From: a virus
Taxonomy: Duplodnaviria; Caudoviricetes
Length of the DNA: 24,597 nt
Virus record (IMG/VR): IMGVR_UViG_3300022179_000969
Location: 1-24,597 of that record
Strand: one strand, 5' to 3'
The translations under genes and the position numbers were made by a program. How positions within the stretch are numbered: position 1 is the first letter of the stretch; each line of letters starts with the position of its first letter. This document shows, one piece after another, positions 8,249 to 17,031 of this stretch. The notes under the pieces are model-generated. The model worked only from the letters and a program-made list of their open reading frames with translations, had not been told where the DNA came from and made no database searches.

Positions 8249-8569
8249 CTATGCCTTCCACTTCCGGGTAAGCCAGGTCCACGCATCAGCCGCCATCTGC
8301 TTGGCGTCTAGAGCTTCCAGAGCCTGGTAGATTTTGTCAACCACTACCATACCAAACAAGCCCACACCAAAACCGACCATGCCCTTCGCATCTTGTAACG
8401 AAAGGTATCCGGCTACCCAGTCCGTGCTGTAGTAGCTCAGAGCAACCCCTCCGACAAGCATGCCCAGGATTTGATACCAGGTGCCGTGAACAAATTTTAT
8501 TGATACCGCGGCGCCAAGAAGTGCGGGGATCAACTTCGCTATGTCAAAGTCAGGCTTTATTTCTAGCAT
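8249..8569 (-). CDS. Putative holin, 106 aa
   Basis: Three hydrophobic segments, GFGVGLFGM motif, basic C-terminus; first gene of the lysis cassette. Confidence 0.75.
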   Translation of the reverse strand: MLEIKPDFDIAKLIPALLGAAVSIKFVHGTWYQILGMLVGGVALSYYSTDWVAGYLSLQDAKGMVGFGVGLFGMVVVDKIYQALEALDAKQMAADAWTWLTRKWKA

Positions 8570-8625
8570 GGCTGTTCTTCTAGTGGAGTTGTGTTACCGA
8601 ATTTTAACTGCTCGTCAGGGCAAAG

Positions 8626-10023
8626 TTAAAGGTCTTTTCCGCGCGAATCGCGCCAGCCCAGCGTTGCAATCTTCATGACCCATGTTCCGCTGACCCCAAC
8701 ACTGCCGCGGCGACTTCTGATTTGCGCTGATGTGTTTGTCATGACTTCGATCTTGGTCATACCTCCGATTGATGAATTTGATAGAGAAAGAGATGACGCC
8801 AAAGGAGCCGCTGTTTGGCTAGGGTCCAAATCAGCCGTGTTCAGATCGCTGAAGTAGGCCGGGATGTTGTTCGCGTTGCCGGGGTCGGATACGTTGTAAT
8901 TGAAGATCGCACCAACACGAATTCCGGTAGGAATTGAGCCCAGCGTGCGAGTGATAGCAGTCGCTGCTTCGCCCGTTGTGGTGATATCCAGCACAGGCGT
9001 TTCAAGCTGGAACAAATCGCCATCTTGGAAGAAGCGAACCCACTGTGCAGAGCCATTTGTGCGGGCAGACCCGATGCGCCGGAACTGGGTGTAATTCGCT
9101 GGGAGTGTCGGAGAGGTAGCGGACAGCGAAAAAAGCACATCTGCCACGCCGGTATCGGGGCGGCGGATCAGGTGGAAGTGGTACGAGGTGTTGTTCGCAG
9201 GCGAGCCGGTGTCCAGGCCGCCGTTGCCGGACCCAACTGCCCATGCGCTGGTGGTCTTGCTGATTGCGGATGCAAGATTTATCAGTGCGACATTTGTGCT
9301 GTCTGCGGCTTGTCCCGCTGCGATTGACATAGTGGCGCTACTGCCAGCCGTGGAAAGTGTCAGGCCAGCGATGTACGAACGCGGAACCGTCGAAGCGGCG
9401 GCTGGGAGCGGGTCCAGCACAACCCAGTCGGTGCCGTCAAACTCTACATCTGTTTTTTGCCCTGCTGCGAGAGTGGGGTCGACTTTTGCCCCTGTACTGT
9501 CGTACTGTTTCAGTGCGGTAGCGGTCTGCCCGCTTACAGCCAGCGTACATGCGCCAGATGTTGCGGTGTGGAAATTTACCCGAAACCGCTGCGGAGCGGC
9601 GAGCGAAGCGATGGCTGGAACTGGGGTAAGCGTGTACGCTGGCGCCGTGCCCGCGCTTGTGAACGCCGTGTACAACTGCGTCTGGAGGTCCGCCTTGACT
9701 ACATCCCCCGTCATGGCAGCAAACACGTCCGCGATCGCGGCAGCATTGAAGCGCAGTGAAACTGTATCTGATGTCGTCCAAGCCAGAGCGGTGGTGTTGT
9801 CCTGGGCCCGTACGATGGTGAAGGTGTCTGTCGTCCGGGCTGTGACCTTGACGATCTCGCGCACCAGGGAGGCGTTCTCCAGGGTGACGTAAAAATACTG
9901 CCCAGCAGACAGCGAAGGAAACAGCGCGCCGGTACCCCCGACAACGGACATCGTCAGGTCGCCAGCGTTGATGCCGACCGCGAGCTGGGTTCGCGCGAAG
10001 TTGGTGAATTTAATGTCAGCCAT
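8626..10023 (-). CDS. Tail fibre/receptor-binding protein, 465 aa
   Basis: N-terminal anchor domain (FTNFARTQLA...EIVKVTARTTDTFTIVRAQDNTTALAW) followed by Thr/Ala/Ser-rich beta modules, including PTLPANYTQFRRIGS; downstream of the adaptors. Confidence 0.8.
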   Translation of the reverse strand: MADIKFTNFARTQLAVGINAGDLTMSVVGGTGALFPSLSAGQYFYVTLENASLVREIVKVTARTTDTFTIVRAQDNTTALAWTTSDTVSLRFNAAAIADVFAAMTGDVVKADLQTQLYTAFTSAGTAPAYTLTPVPAIASLAAPQRFRVNFHTATSGACTLAVSGQTATALKQYDSTGAKVDPTLAAGQKTDVEFDGTDWVVLDPLPAAASTVPRSYIAGLTLSTAGSSATMSIAAGQAADSTNVALINLASAISKTTSAWAVGSGNGGLDTGSPANNTSYHFHLIRRPDTGVADVLFSLSATSPTLPANYTQFRRIGSARTNGSAQWVRFFQDGDLFQLETPVLDITTTGEAATAITRTLGSIPTGIRVGAIFNYNVSDPGNANNIPAYFSDLNTADLDPSQTAAPLASSLSLSNSSIGGMTKIEVMTNTSAQIRSRRGSVGVSGTWVMKIATLGWRDSRGKDL

Positions 10024-10031
10024 GGGCTACC

Positions 10032-10688
10032 TCATGCAAATGGGCGGGGTTGGACAACCAGGTCGCTCACGTTGAACCCCCGGTCTGCGCGGTCGCGCGC
10101 ACCGGCCAGAAGGAACGTCCACTCCTGACCGTGGAACTGGCTCAACTTGGCGTTGGTCCACGACCGGTCGTGCATGCCGAGTAGCTCGAACAGCACGCCA
10201 TGAAAGACGACGCGGTGGAATTCGGCGTACATGGCCGCATCCCACACCGTCGCAGAAGAGGTCGGGCGCAGCACCCCGTAGATGTACATCGTGCCAACAA
10301 AGTCTGGCGTAGGGGCCAGCAGTACCGTCCCGGGGGCTTTGGACGTGATGTACTGCGGCGTGCCTTCGCTATCGAGTGGCCACGTCGGAAACGCCCGCTG
10401 CACGTTGTCGTACGGCTTCCAAGCCAGGTCCTGGCGCGTGCCGTTGGCGTCGATCGTGTACCCAGACAAGAAATCGCAGTATTCGCCGTGCACAAACGCC
10501 GGCGCGGGTACGTAGTCTTCCTGTCCAGCGACCGTCGCAATGGGCGCCATGTCGTCGCGCCAGACTTTCGCGCGCTGGCACAGATCGATGGCCATCTTGC
10601 GCGCCGTGCGTTCGATGGTCAGGCTGGGGCAGCCTGGCAAGAAAGCCGAGATCGCTGGCACCATGGATGCAAAAGTTACAGTAGCCAT
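10032..10688 (-). CDS. Head-tail adaptor / tail tubular A-like protein, 218 aa
   Basis: Helical N- and C-termini with central GTPQYI...LLAPTPD; position after the capsid genes. Confidence 0.65.
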   Translation of the reverse strand: MATVTFASMVPAISAFLPGCPSLTIERTARKMAIDLCQRAKVWRDDMAPIATVAGQEDYVPAPAFVHGEYCDFLSGYTIDANGTRQDLAWKPYDNVQRAFPTWPLDSEGTPQYITSKAPGTVLLAPTPDFVGTMYIYGVLRPTSSATVWDAAMYAEFHRVVFHGVLFELLGMHDRSWTNAKLSQFHGQEWTFLLAGARDRADRGFNVSDLVVQPRPFA

Positions 10689-11332
10689 CAGGTAGCCTCG
10701 TCTTTCGGCCCGGCGGCCGTCTCGGTGTCGGTAATACGGCGTGCAGACAATCCTGCAGCTAGGCCGCTGTTGAACGAATCCTGGAACATCTTGGCACGGC
10801 CAGACTCCACGTGCTCGGCGTCAATGGACTCAACCAGCCATATCGTGCCGTCAACAATCAGCGGCATGTAGACGTCTTGCATGGGGATCGTCGCGCCTAA
10901 CGCCAGAGTGGACGGGCAGGACGAGTAAATAATTCCGATGGACTCCCCGCCAGCAGCCGGGGGGTAGATGTAAAAACGGTTGGGGTCGCGCGGGTACCGC
11001 ATCCAGTTCTCGGCCGGGCCGGCGGTCATAGTCTCCCAGTCCGGCACCATCAAGTCCAGGACCTCCTGGTTAACCTCTTTGAGGGTGGCCCCGACGGAAT
11101 TGGTCAGTACGTCCATGATGCGGATTGAGCTGGCTGGGGCGGTCTGCAGGCTGCCGGCGACGCATGTCAGCGGGGCGACGACGGTAAACAAATCGGGGCG
11201 CATGATGGCCGCGCGACGGATGATCTGATTCACCTTGCGCACCAGGAAGTCGTCGCTGTAGCGCAACGGGATCGCCGTGTCCGAGACCTCTTCCCGAACA
11301 TCGAGGACCACATCAGCGACCGTGAAGCTCAT
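10688..11332 (-). CDS. Head-tail adaptor-like protein (DUF6682-like), 214 aa
   Basis: VADVVLDVREEVSD...RYSD, RPDLF and FYIYPP motifs; coupled to the neighbouring genes. Confidence 0.65.
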   Translation of the reverse strand: MSFTVADVVLDVREEVSDTAIPLRYSDDFLVRKVNQIIRRAAIMRPDLFTVVAPLTCVAGSLQTAPASSIRIMDVLTNSVGATLKEVNQEVLDLMVPDWETMTAGPAENWMRYPRDPNRFYIYPPAAGGESIGIIYSSCPSTLALGATIPMQDVYMPLIVDGTIWLVESIDAEHVESGRAKMFQDSFNSGLAAGLSARRITDTETAAGPKDEAT

Positions 11333-11538
11333 GGCAGTCCGCGTCCGGCGTCAACGGACAAGGCGACGTCGTCTACCTTGGGGGTGTCCTTGGTTTTGCG
11401 CGGAGCCTTGACTTCGGCTTCTGGTACGACACGCGAGGCGACGTTGATCACCTCTTCGAAGTCTTCCCGCTGTGCAAACGCGTCTTGGTAGACGTACAAA
11501 ACCCCGGTGGGCTTGTGGATCAGCATTCTGTCGCTCAT
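11329..11538 (-). CDS. Hypothetical small protein, 69 aa
   Basis: ATG 11538 preceded by GGAGGA (start revised from the track); stop overlaps the next start (ATGA). Confidence 0.75.
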   Translation of the reverse strand: MSDRMLIHKPTGVLYVYQDAFAQREDFEEVINVASRVVPEAEVKAPRKTKDTPKVDDVALSVDAGRGLP

Positions 11539-11548
11539 ATCTTCCTCC

Positions 11549-11581
11549 AAAAGAAAGGGGTGCACGCGGCACCCCTTTATT
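11549..11581 (-). terminator. Rho-independent terminator after the capsid/decoration genes
   Basis: Minus strand AAAGGGGTGC-CGCGT-GCACCCCTTT-CTTTT: 10-bp stem followed by a U-rich tail. Confidence 0.85.
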
Positions 11582-11599
11582 CTACGCCGGTTTTGGCGG

Positions 11600-12067
11600 T
11601 TACGTAGCGGAAGCCGCTTCCAAGATGCGGCCGAACACGCGGACACGGAACTTGCCCGATCCGGCGCCGGCAGTCAGCACCTGCAGCTTCACAAAACCCG
11701 AAGCCGTGGTGGTGATGAGGGAGTTGGCCGCAGTGGCCAGCTTAACCAGCTTGGTGCCAGCAGCGGCGTCAGCAGCCCAAGCAGTCAGGCCCGTGACCGC
11801 CGTGCCGGCAGCAGCAGCAGCGCCCAGGGTGACGCTCAGAGTCGCAGTGGCCGTGCCTGCCTTGACCACAGTGACCGCAGCGCCGTCGATGACGACACCA
11901 GCGTACGCTGGGAACTCGAACATGTCGGCGGTATCGTTGGCTGCAGTCGAGCGCTTGCTGCCGTCGAACTCATACTCAATGTAGAACGGGCCGGGGGAAC
12001 CGGCGAAATCAGTGCCGGCGGGGTTGATGCCCACGGTGCGCAGCTGTGCGATGGTGTAGTTTGCCAT
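11600..12067 (-). CDS. Capsid decoration/cement protein, 155 aa
   Basis: Immediately after the major capsid gene and before the terminator; Ala/Thr/Gly-rich beta protein; ATG 12067 with AAGGA RBS. Confidence 0.7.
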   Translation of the reverse strand: MANYTIAQLRTVGINPAGTDFAGSPGPFYIEYEFDGSKRSTAANDTADMFEFPAYAGVVIDGAAVTVVKAGTATATLSVTLGAAAAAGTAVTGLTAWAADAAAGTKLVKLATAANSLITTTASGFVKLQVLTAGAGSGKFRVRVFGRILEAASAT

Positions 12068-12096
12068 GATATTTCCTTGAAAAGTGGTGGTGGGCG

Positions 12097-12114
12097 GCGG
12101 GGCCGAAGCCCCGC
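12097..12114 (-). promoter_or_regulatory. C(UUCG)G ultrastable RNA hairpin directly after the major capsid gene
   Basis: Minus strand GCGGGGC-TTCG-GCCCCGC with no adjacent U-tract. Confidence 0.7.
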
Positions 12115-12124
12115 TCAATCCAGC

Positions 12125-13042
12125 TTACTGGCGGATGTACAGGCGGGCCAGGGCTTCGCCTTTGACGACCTTGAACCCGTAGACTTGCAGCCCGCGGATG
12201 ATGTTGCCGAAAGTGGACTCCGCACGCAGGCTTTCCATCTCGGTCATCTGCGACGCAAACGTCAGGCCCATCTTGTGCCCAGCGATAGCGCTGAAGCAGC
12301 GGAAGGTTGAGTCGGTCACGACGTTCAGGTTGTGGCTGGAGTACAGCGTGAACCGGTCAATCATGCCCAGGCGACCGTTGCGCATCACCGAAGTGGTGTC
12401 CCCAGTCAAGGACGCATCTTTCAGGTCGGACTTCTTGATCAGGCCAGCCATCCAGGCGGGGATCACCAAGAAACGGCCAGACTCGGGCACGTTGGCCTCG
12501 TCCAGAACGGTGCCGGCGTCCACGATCAGGTCCAAGACGTTGGTCTTAGTCACCTGCACGGGGGCGGCGGTGGCGCCCAAGTTGATGCTCTGGCTGATAC
12601 GGCCGGCGGTGGCGCCCTGGTTCAGTGCCGAGATGTCGGGGATCATGTTGGTCAGGACCTTGGCGTCGATCGCGATCTTCATTTTCTCCGACGCATCCTT
12701 GGACCAGGTGTCCATCAGGTTGATGTCGGCTTGCACCTTGTCCACGTCATCTTCGACGCAAGCGAAATACTCGCCCTGGTCGATGTCCAGCGTGATCTTG
12801 GGTTTGTCCGGGCGCTCAACAGTCAGGTTCATGCCCTTCTGGTAAGGGCGGATGGTGACTTCAGGGGTCAGACGGATCTGAACCTTGTCGCCGTGGGCTT
12901 TGATCTCGCCCTCGTAGTCGGTGTTGGAAATCGCGGTCAGAACGGTCGCGTCGTAGAAGTTCTCTACGAGCTTGGCGGACCAGATTTCGGGGATGAAATT
13001 GCCGGTGTAGTTTGCACCGCCGGCTGCAACAGGGAATGCCAT
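12125..13042 (-). CDS. Major capsid protein (HK97 fold, P22-coat-like), 305 aa
   Basis: NFIPEIWSAKL...NTDYEGEIK..GDKVQI N-terminus, LDEANVPESGRFLVIP, and C-terminal RGLQVYGFKVV; strong codon bias. Confidence 0.93.
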   Translation of the reverse strand: MAFPVAAGGANYTGNFIPEIWSAKLVENFYDATVLTAISNTDYEGEIKAHGDKVQIRLTPEVTIRPYQKGMNLTVERPDKPKITLDIDQGEYFACVEDDVDKVQADINLMDTWSKDASEKMKIAIDAKVLTNMIPDISALNQGATAGRISQSINLGATAAPVQVTKTNVLDLIVDAGTVLDEANVPESGRFLVIPAWMAGLIKKSDLKDASLTGDTTSVMRNGRLGMIDRFTLYSSHNLNVVTDSTFRCFSAIAGHKMGLTFASQMTEMESLRAESTFGNIIRGLQVYGFKVVKGEALARLYIRQ

Positions 13043-13062
13043 TTGTTGTACCTCTTAAAAAG

Positions 13063-14094
13063 TTATGCTGCGGACTGGACAACGCGACCTTCGCGCTGCG
13101 CCAGAAAAATATCGCGTTCAGTGGCTTGGGCTTCTGCTTCGCGGCCTTTGAACTCGCCACGCAACTTCGCAGCAAAGAACTGCTTGATGTCGGCGGGCGT
13201 GTATTGCTTCTCGGCTTTCTGGGACGGGGCCGATGTCGCTGCGGATGCGCGACCTGGGGCTACCTGTTTTTCCAGCTTCGATGCGGCTGCAGATGCGGTC
13301 GGCGTTGGGCCGGACTGCACGTTCGTTACCCCAGCTTCGCGCTTCCACGCTTGAAAAATACTCACAACACGGTCGAGGTCGAGGGTCTGCTCTGCGTCTG
13401 CCAGGTAAGTCTGGCGCAGGATTCCGGTCATGCTGTCGGGCGTCAGCAACCAGTTGTGGAATTCGGGGCTATCGTTGATACGCCCCCAATCCGGCACCGC
13501 CCGGGTGAGGCGGTCTGCAAAGGCTTGCTCTGCATTCACTTGCTGGTTTGCTGCGACGCGATGCACTACCGGCGCCATGCCGGACAGCTGCTCGATGCGA
13601 CGGTTGAGGTCGCTCAACGTCTGCGCAATCGGGCCCATTTCTTCGCGAGCGACGCGGCGGGCAAAATCAACCATGTCCGAGCCGTACTCGGACACATCGG
13701 TCTCAGTTACCTGACGGGCTGCTGGCTGTTGCGCGTGCACAACGGGGGCCGACTGCATAGTCGAAACGAGCTGCTCCAGATTGGCGATCCGACTTGCGGA
13801 ACTGTCCAGTTGCTGCTTCGTGGCGTTGTACACACCTTGAAGCGAGCGCCAACGCTGGGCGTACGTAGGGCTATTCTCGTCCTCTGCCGGAGTGGCAGAA
13901 TTTTCTTGCGGACGAACTCCATCTTGCGGCGTGGCAGCGGGGGCTGCAGATTCCGTTGCTGCGGCTGCAGCGTCGGTACCTTCTTGGGCGGCATCGGTCG
14001 CTGGGTCAGTCGCTCCGGCTTGCGGGCCGTAGTGCTGCTCAATGATCGAACGCGCGGCGTCGACTTGCTTTTGGACTTGTTCGGGGAGTGACAT
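13063..14094 (-). CDS. Capsid scaffolding protein, ~343 aa
   Basis: Directly upstream of the MCP; acidic disordered N-terminus, coiled coil, and C-terminal helix ERDIFLAQREGRV. Start placed at ATG 14094 (AAGGA RBS); GTG 14112 is an alternative. Confidence 0.8.
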   Translation of the reverse strand: MSLPEQVQKQVDAARSIIEQHYGPQAGATDPATDAAQEGTDAAAAATESAAPAATPQDGVRPQENSATPAEDENSPTYAQRWRSLQGVYNATKQQLDSSASRIANLEQLVSTMQSAPVVHAQQPAARQVTETDVSEYGSDMVDFARRVAREEMGPIAQTLSDLNRRIEQLSGMAPVVHRVAANQQVNAEQAFADRLTRAVPDWGRINDSPEFHNWLLTPDSMTGILRQTYLADAEQTLDLDRVVSIFQAWKREAGVTNVQSGPTPTASAAASKLEKQVAPGRASAATSAPSQKAEKQYTPADIKQFFAAKLRGEFKGREAEAQATERDIFLAQREGRVVQSAA

Positions 14095-14125
14095 TTTCTT
14101 TTCCTTGCTCACTTGCTAAGGGACA

Positions 14126-14323
14126 TCAAAGCCTAACCTGCTGCAGGAGTTCTGTCAGCACTTGCACCCGGCCTTTGGAGGTGCAAAATTGTTCCACGTT
14201 GGTTTTTGCCATGTATTCCAGCTCGTCGCGACGCAGCCGCTCCAGCAGGTCCACGAAGGGCCTGTTGTGTCGGCCGACCTGCGCCAGAAGCGCAACGTCG
14301 TCTTGAGACAGAGTCCATGCCAC
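14126..14323 (-). CDS. Small helical protein between portal and scaffold, 65 aa
   Basis: Intact ORF tightly spaced between its neighbours; the KGRVQVLTELL-type ending is typical of small genes at this position in podoviruses. Confidence 0.7.
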   Translation of the reverse strand: MAWTLSQDDVALLAQVGRHNRPFVDLLERLRRDELEYMAKTNVEQFCTSKGRVQVLTELLQQVRL

Positions 14324-14326
14324 GCG

Positions 14327-14647
14327 TCAGCCCTTAATGACCAGGAACGTGTAGGTTCCGGCAGTGGGGGTCAACGAACCCGCGGTTGGGTTCACAAAAC
14401 ACAGGCGCAGCGTGTTGGCAGCGGAAACTTCCGCCTGGCACAGTGCGACCGCGTTGGTAATTGGGTTCGACAAAATAACAACCTGGTCCCCGACGTTCAA
14501 GCCGGCGACGGTGAAGGTTTGCTTGGCAGCCACAATAGTAGCAACCGAAGCGGGGGTCAGCGACAGCGACAGGAGCGAGCCCTGGGCTGGGGTGGTGCTG
14601 GTCGGCATGCGCAGTTCGTTGACTCCAAGCGATTCAAAACGGGCCAT
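14327..14647 (-). CDS. Putative head decoration/fibre protein, 106 aa
   Basis: GGAG RBS; beta-rich QTFTVAGLNVGDQV...VSAANTLRLCFVNPTAGSLTP motif. Confidence 0.65.
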   Translation of the reverse strand: MARFESLGVNELRMPTSTTPAQGSLLSLSLTPASVATIVAAKQTFTVAGLNVGDQVVILSNPITNAVALCQAEVSAANTLRLCFVNPTAGSLTPTAGTYTFLVIKG

Positions 14648-14671
14648 AGGGTTCTCCGGTTAACTGGTGTG

Positions 14672-14699
14672 AGTGTATGTTATTGCAGCCAAGAGTCAA
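14672..14699 (-). promoter_or_regulatory. Sigma70-like promoter for the scaffold/capsid genes
   Basis: TTGACT-16 nt-TACACT overlapping the portal stop codon. Confidence 0.6.
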
Positions 14700-16756
14700 C
14701 CCCCGCCGCCCGTCTGCTGGTTGCTGACCAGGTTCGATTCTTGACCGCCCATAGGGGCGCCGCCTGGACCCGTTGCCTTGGTACCCTGCGGACCTGGTGC
14801 AGCCATCTGTTGCGGCTGCATCGCTTGCTGCTGGCGTTTGAGTTCTTCCTGGACCTCGAGCTGCTCGTCCGACGGCACGATGTCGTCCACAGGCATAGAC
14901 AGCCCGCGGGCCACTTCGCGCAGGATCGCAGCGCGCCCGGGGATCCCCACAATCTCGGCGTCCATGGGGTTCATGGTGGCCTGCAGGAACTCGACGCGGC
15001 GGACGTTCAGCTGGTCGCGGTTGGCCAAGGTAACAGCGCCACGTGGGATGATGGAGCAGTCGCCCTTGATGTCCGCGCGGTCAACGTACTGCATATTCCA
15101 GTTGTACTGGGACGTCACAGTGGGGCCGATGACCTCGAAGTCGATGTGCATGATGACCTGGCGGATGCCCTTGCCGGCGGAGCCCATGAGCATGGACAGG
15201 CCGGATGCGGTACGGCCAGCGCCGCCCACCTGACCGTCGCCATACACGTAAGCTGGCACGCCCGACTGCTCGTCAGCCATCTTGCCGAACTGCTGGTACA
15301 CCTGCAGCAACGGGCCGGAGCGGTCGTCTGGCTGGTTGAAACGAATGGCGGGCTGGCCGGACCCAGTGGGGTCACTCAGGGTCTGCCAAATCTTCCATGG
15401 GAACATGTTGGTGACTTTGGAGCCTTGCGGCAGGCGGTCCGTGGACACCTCAACCTGCGGGCCGGAGGCAATGCCCATGTTGTTCGCCAGAGCACGCGCC
15501 GACGCGTTGCACATGGCCTGCACGTCCTCGATCAGCTCGGGGATGCCGGAGCCCCAGAACGAGCCAGGGCGCTTGACGAAGCTGGTGCAGCGGTAGGGCT
15601 TGTCGCCCAGGGGGTCGTAGTTCAGCGTGGCCTTGATGACCCAGCGCCCGACCAGCCACACATTGGCGTCGTACATCTTGGCCACATCTGGCACGTCAGT
15701 CTCGTCCAGGCCCCACTCACGCAGCAGGCGGCCCGACACTCGGCCCCAGAACTCCAGCGAGTCGTACTTGTCGGAGTCGCTGCGCCAGATGTTGTACTTG
15801 TTCTCCAGGTCGCTCTTGGTGTACTCGGCGGACCACAGCCACTCGGAGCTGTTGCCCTCCGCCATCACGGCGCGGATAGCCTCGTCGTCGTACCCGGGCA
15901 CGCCCAGGAGGTCGGACAGGTCGGCCTCACTCAGACGGTGGTGCTCGAGCGTGTAGCCGTCGGACAGCTTGGTGATGCCCGGCTCCACGTAGAACCGGAA
16001 GGGGTCCACGCGCGAGTACGTAGGCGCCAACTTCTCTTCGACTTCTGGTGTGAACGACCCGTCTGGCTGCTTGACCCAGTCTAGCGAGCGCACCCGGCGC
16101 ACGGTGGGGCCCTTGAGGATGGCCAGGGGGTACGTGGTCAGGTCAGACAGGAATGCGTCAAACGCGTCCACCATGCCGCCCTCGGTGAACTGGTCTTGGA
16201 TAAACTTCTGGTGCCGCTCGGCGCGGTCCGTGGCGTCTTTCATGACGGCGGTGCGCGCGTCGTCGTCGGCCTGCTCCTTCATCTGGTCCATGACGACAGG
16301 GTCGATGGGCATGCCGCTCTGGATCACCTGGATGACGCGCTGCGCCAGCGACGCAGTGATGGTTTCCACGAAGTCGGGCGGCATCTCTGGATCTGGCGTT
16401 GGCTTGAGCGCGAACGGCACCATACCCTCGTCCAGCAGGATGTCGCGCAGCCAGGACTCGGCGCCGCGGCACTTCGTCTCGGTGAGCATCATGTAAATCT
16501 CGGACCCGCCGGCGTCCCGGATCTGGGCCAGCTTGTCCGGCTCGTAGTCACCCTTGCGCTGGCGCAGGGCTTTGAGCATGTTGCGCTCTATTGGCTGCTT
16601 GGCATCCCGGGCTTGCTCCCAGCACCGGCGAACGTACCCGGCAAGACTCTGGATGTAGGGCTGCGCCTGGCGTAGTTCCGCCGCACGCGTGGCGTCCTGG
16701 GCCGCCTGTTCGGCGTCCAGCGTACCGTTGCTTTTGAAGTTGACGAGCCCGGCCAT
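14696..16756 (-). CDS. Portal protein, 686 aa
   Basis: Size, position after TerL, motifs FWGSGIPELIEDVQ, ADEQSGVP and RTASGLSMLM, and a Gln/Pro-rich C-terminal tail. Confidence 0.92.
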   Translation of the reverse strand: MAGLVNFKSNGTLDAEQAAQDATRAAELRQAQPYIQSLAGYVRRCWEQARDAKQPIERNMLKALRQRKGDYEPDKLAQIRDAGGSEIYMMLTETKCRGAESWLRDILLDEGMVPFALKPTPDPEMPPDFVETITASLAQRVIQVIQSGMPIDPVVMDQMKEQADDDARTAVMKDATDRAERHQKFIQDQFTEGGMVDAFDAFLSDLTTYPLAILKGPTVRRVRSLDWVKQPDGSFTPEVEEKLAPTYSRVDPFRFYVEPGITKLSDGYTLEHHRLSEADLSDLLGVPGYDDEAIRAVMAEGNSSEWLWSAEYTKSDLENKYNIWRSDSDKYDSLEFWGRVSGRLLREWGLDETDVPDVAKMYDANVWLVGRWVIKATLNYDPLGDKPYRCTSFVKRPGSFWGSGIPELIEDVQAMCNASARALANNMGIASGPQVEVSTDRLPQGSKVTNMFPWKIWQTLSDPTGSGQPAIRFNQPDDRSGPLLQVYQQFGKMADEQSGVPAYVYGDGQVGGAGRTASGLSMLMGSAGKGIRQVIMHIDFEVIGPTVTSQYNWNMQYVDRADIKGDCSIIPRGAVTLANRDQLNVRRVEFLQATMNPMDAEIVGIPGRAAILREVARGLSMPVDDIVPSDEQLEVQEELKRQQQAMQPQQMAAPGPQGTKATGPGGAPMGGQESNLVSNQQTGGGG

Positions 16757-16759
16757 GTG

Positions 16760-17002
16760 TCAGTACAGGGCGACGATGAGGGTGGCGGTAGTGCCGGTAC
16801 TGTTCACGCTCCACGCCTCGACCGGCAAAAAAGTGCCCGCTGGCACCGCGGTGAATGTGATCGCGGCGGAGTCTTTGGGGTTGAATTGGACAGTGACGTT
16901 ACCAACTCCTCCAACCCACAGGCCCCGGGCAGTTCCGTTAGGGAGCATGGTGGCGTTCGCCGGTGTGACCGCGCGCGCTGTCGTGGCTGAGGGTGTTAGC
17001 AT
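16760..17002 (-). CDS. Head-spike base protein (RcGTA Rcc01079-like), 80 aa
   Basis: AVTP...L...ARGLWVGGVGNVTV...TFTAVPAGTFLPV...V..TGTTAT.IVAL pattern; AGGAG RBS. Confidence 0.8.
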   Translation of the reverse strand: MLTPSATTARAVTPANATMLPNGTARGLWVGGVGNVTVQFNPKDSAAITFTAVPAGTFLPVEAWSVNSTGTTATLIVALY

Positions 17003-17031
17003 GCTGTGCTCCTGAAATTACTGCAAATATA

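Noticed and set aside
8590-8626. Promoter for the lysis cassette (TTAACT-17-TAAAAT, minus strand)
   Set aside because: The -35 is weak; not enough support to list as a feature.
8626-10023. Diversity-generating retroelement target in the tail fibre
   Set aside because: No reverse transcriptase and no template/variable repeat pair seen in this window.
12067-12127. Programmed readthrough or frameshift fusing the MCP to the decoration protein
   Set aside because: TAA stop, no slippery heptamer, and the downstream gene has its own RBS.
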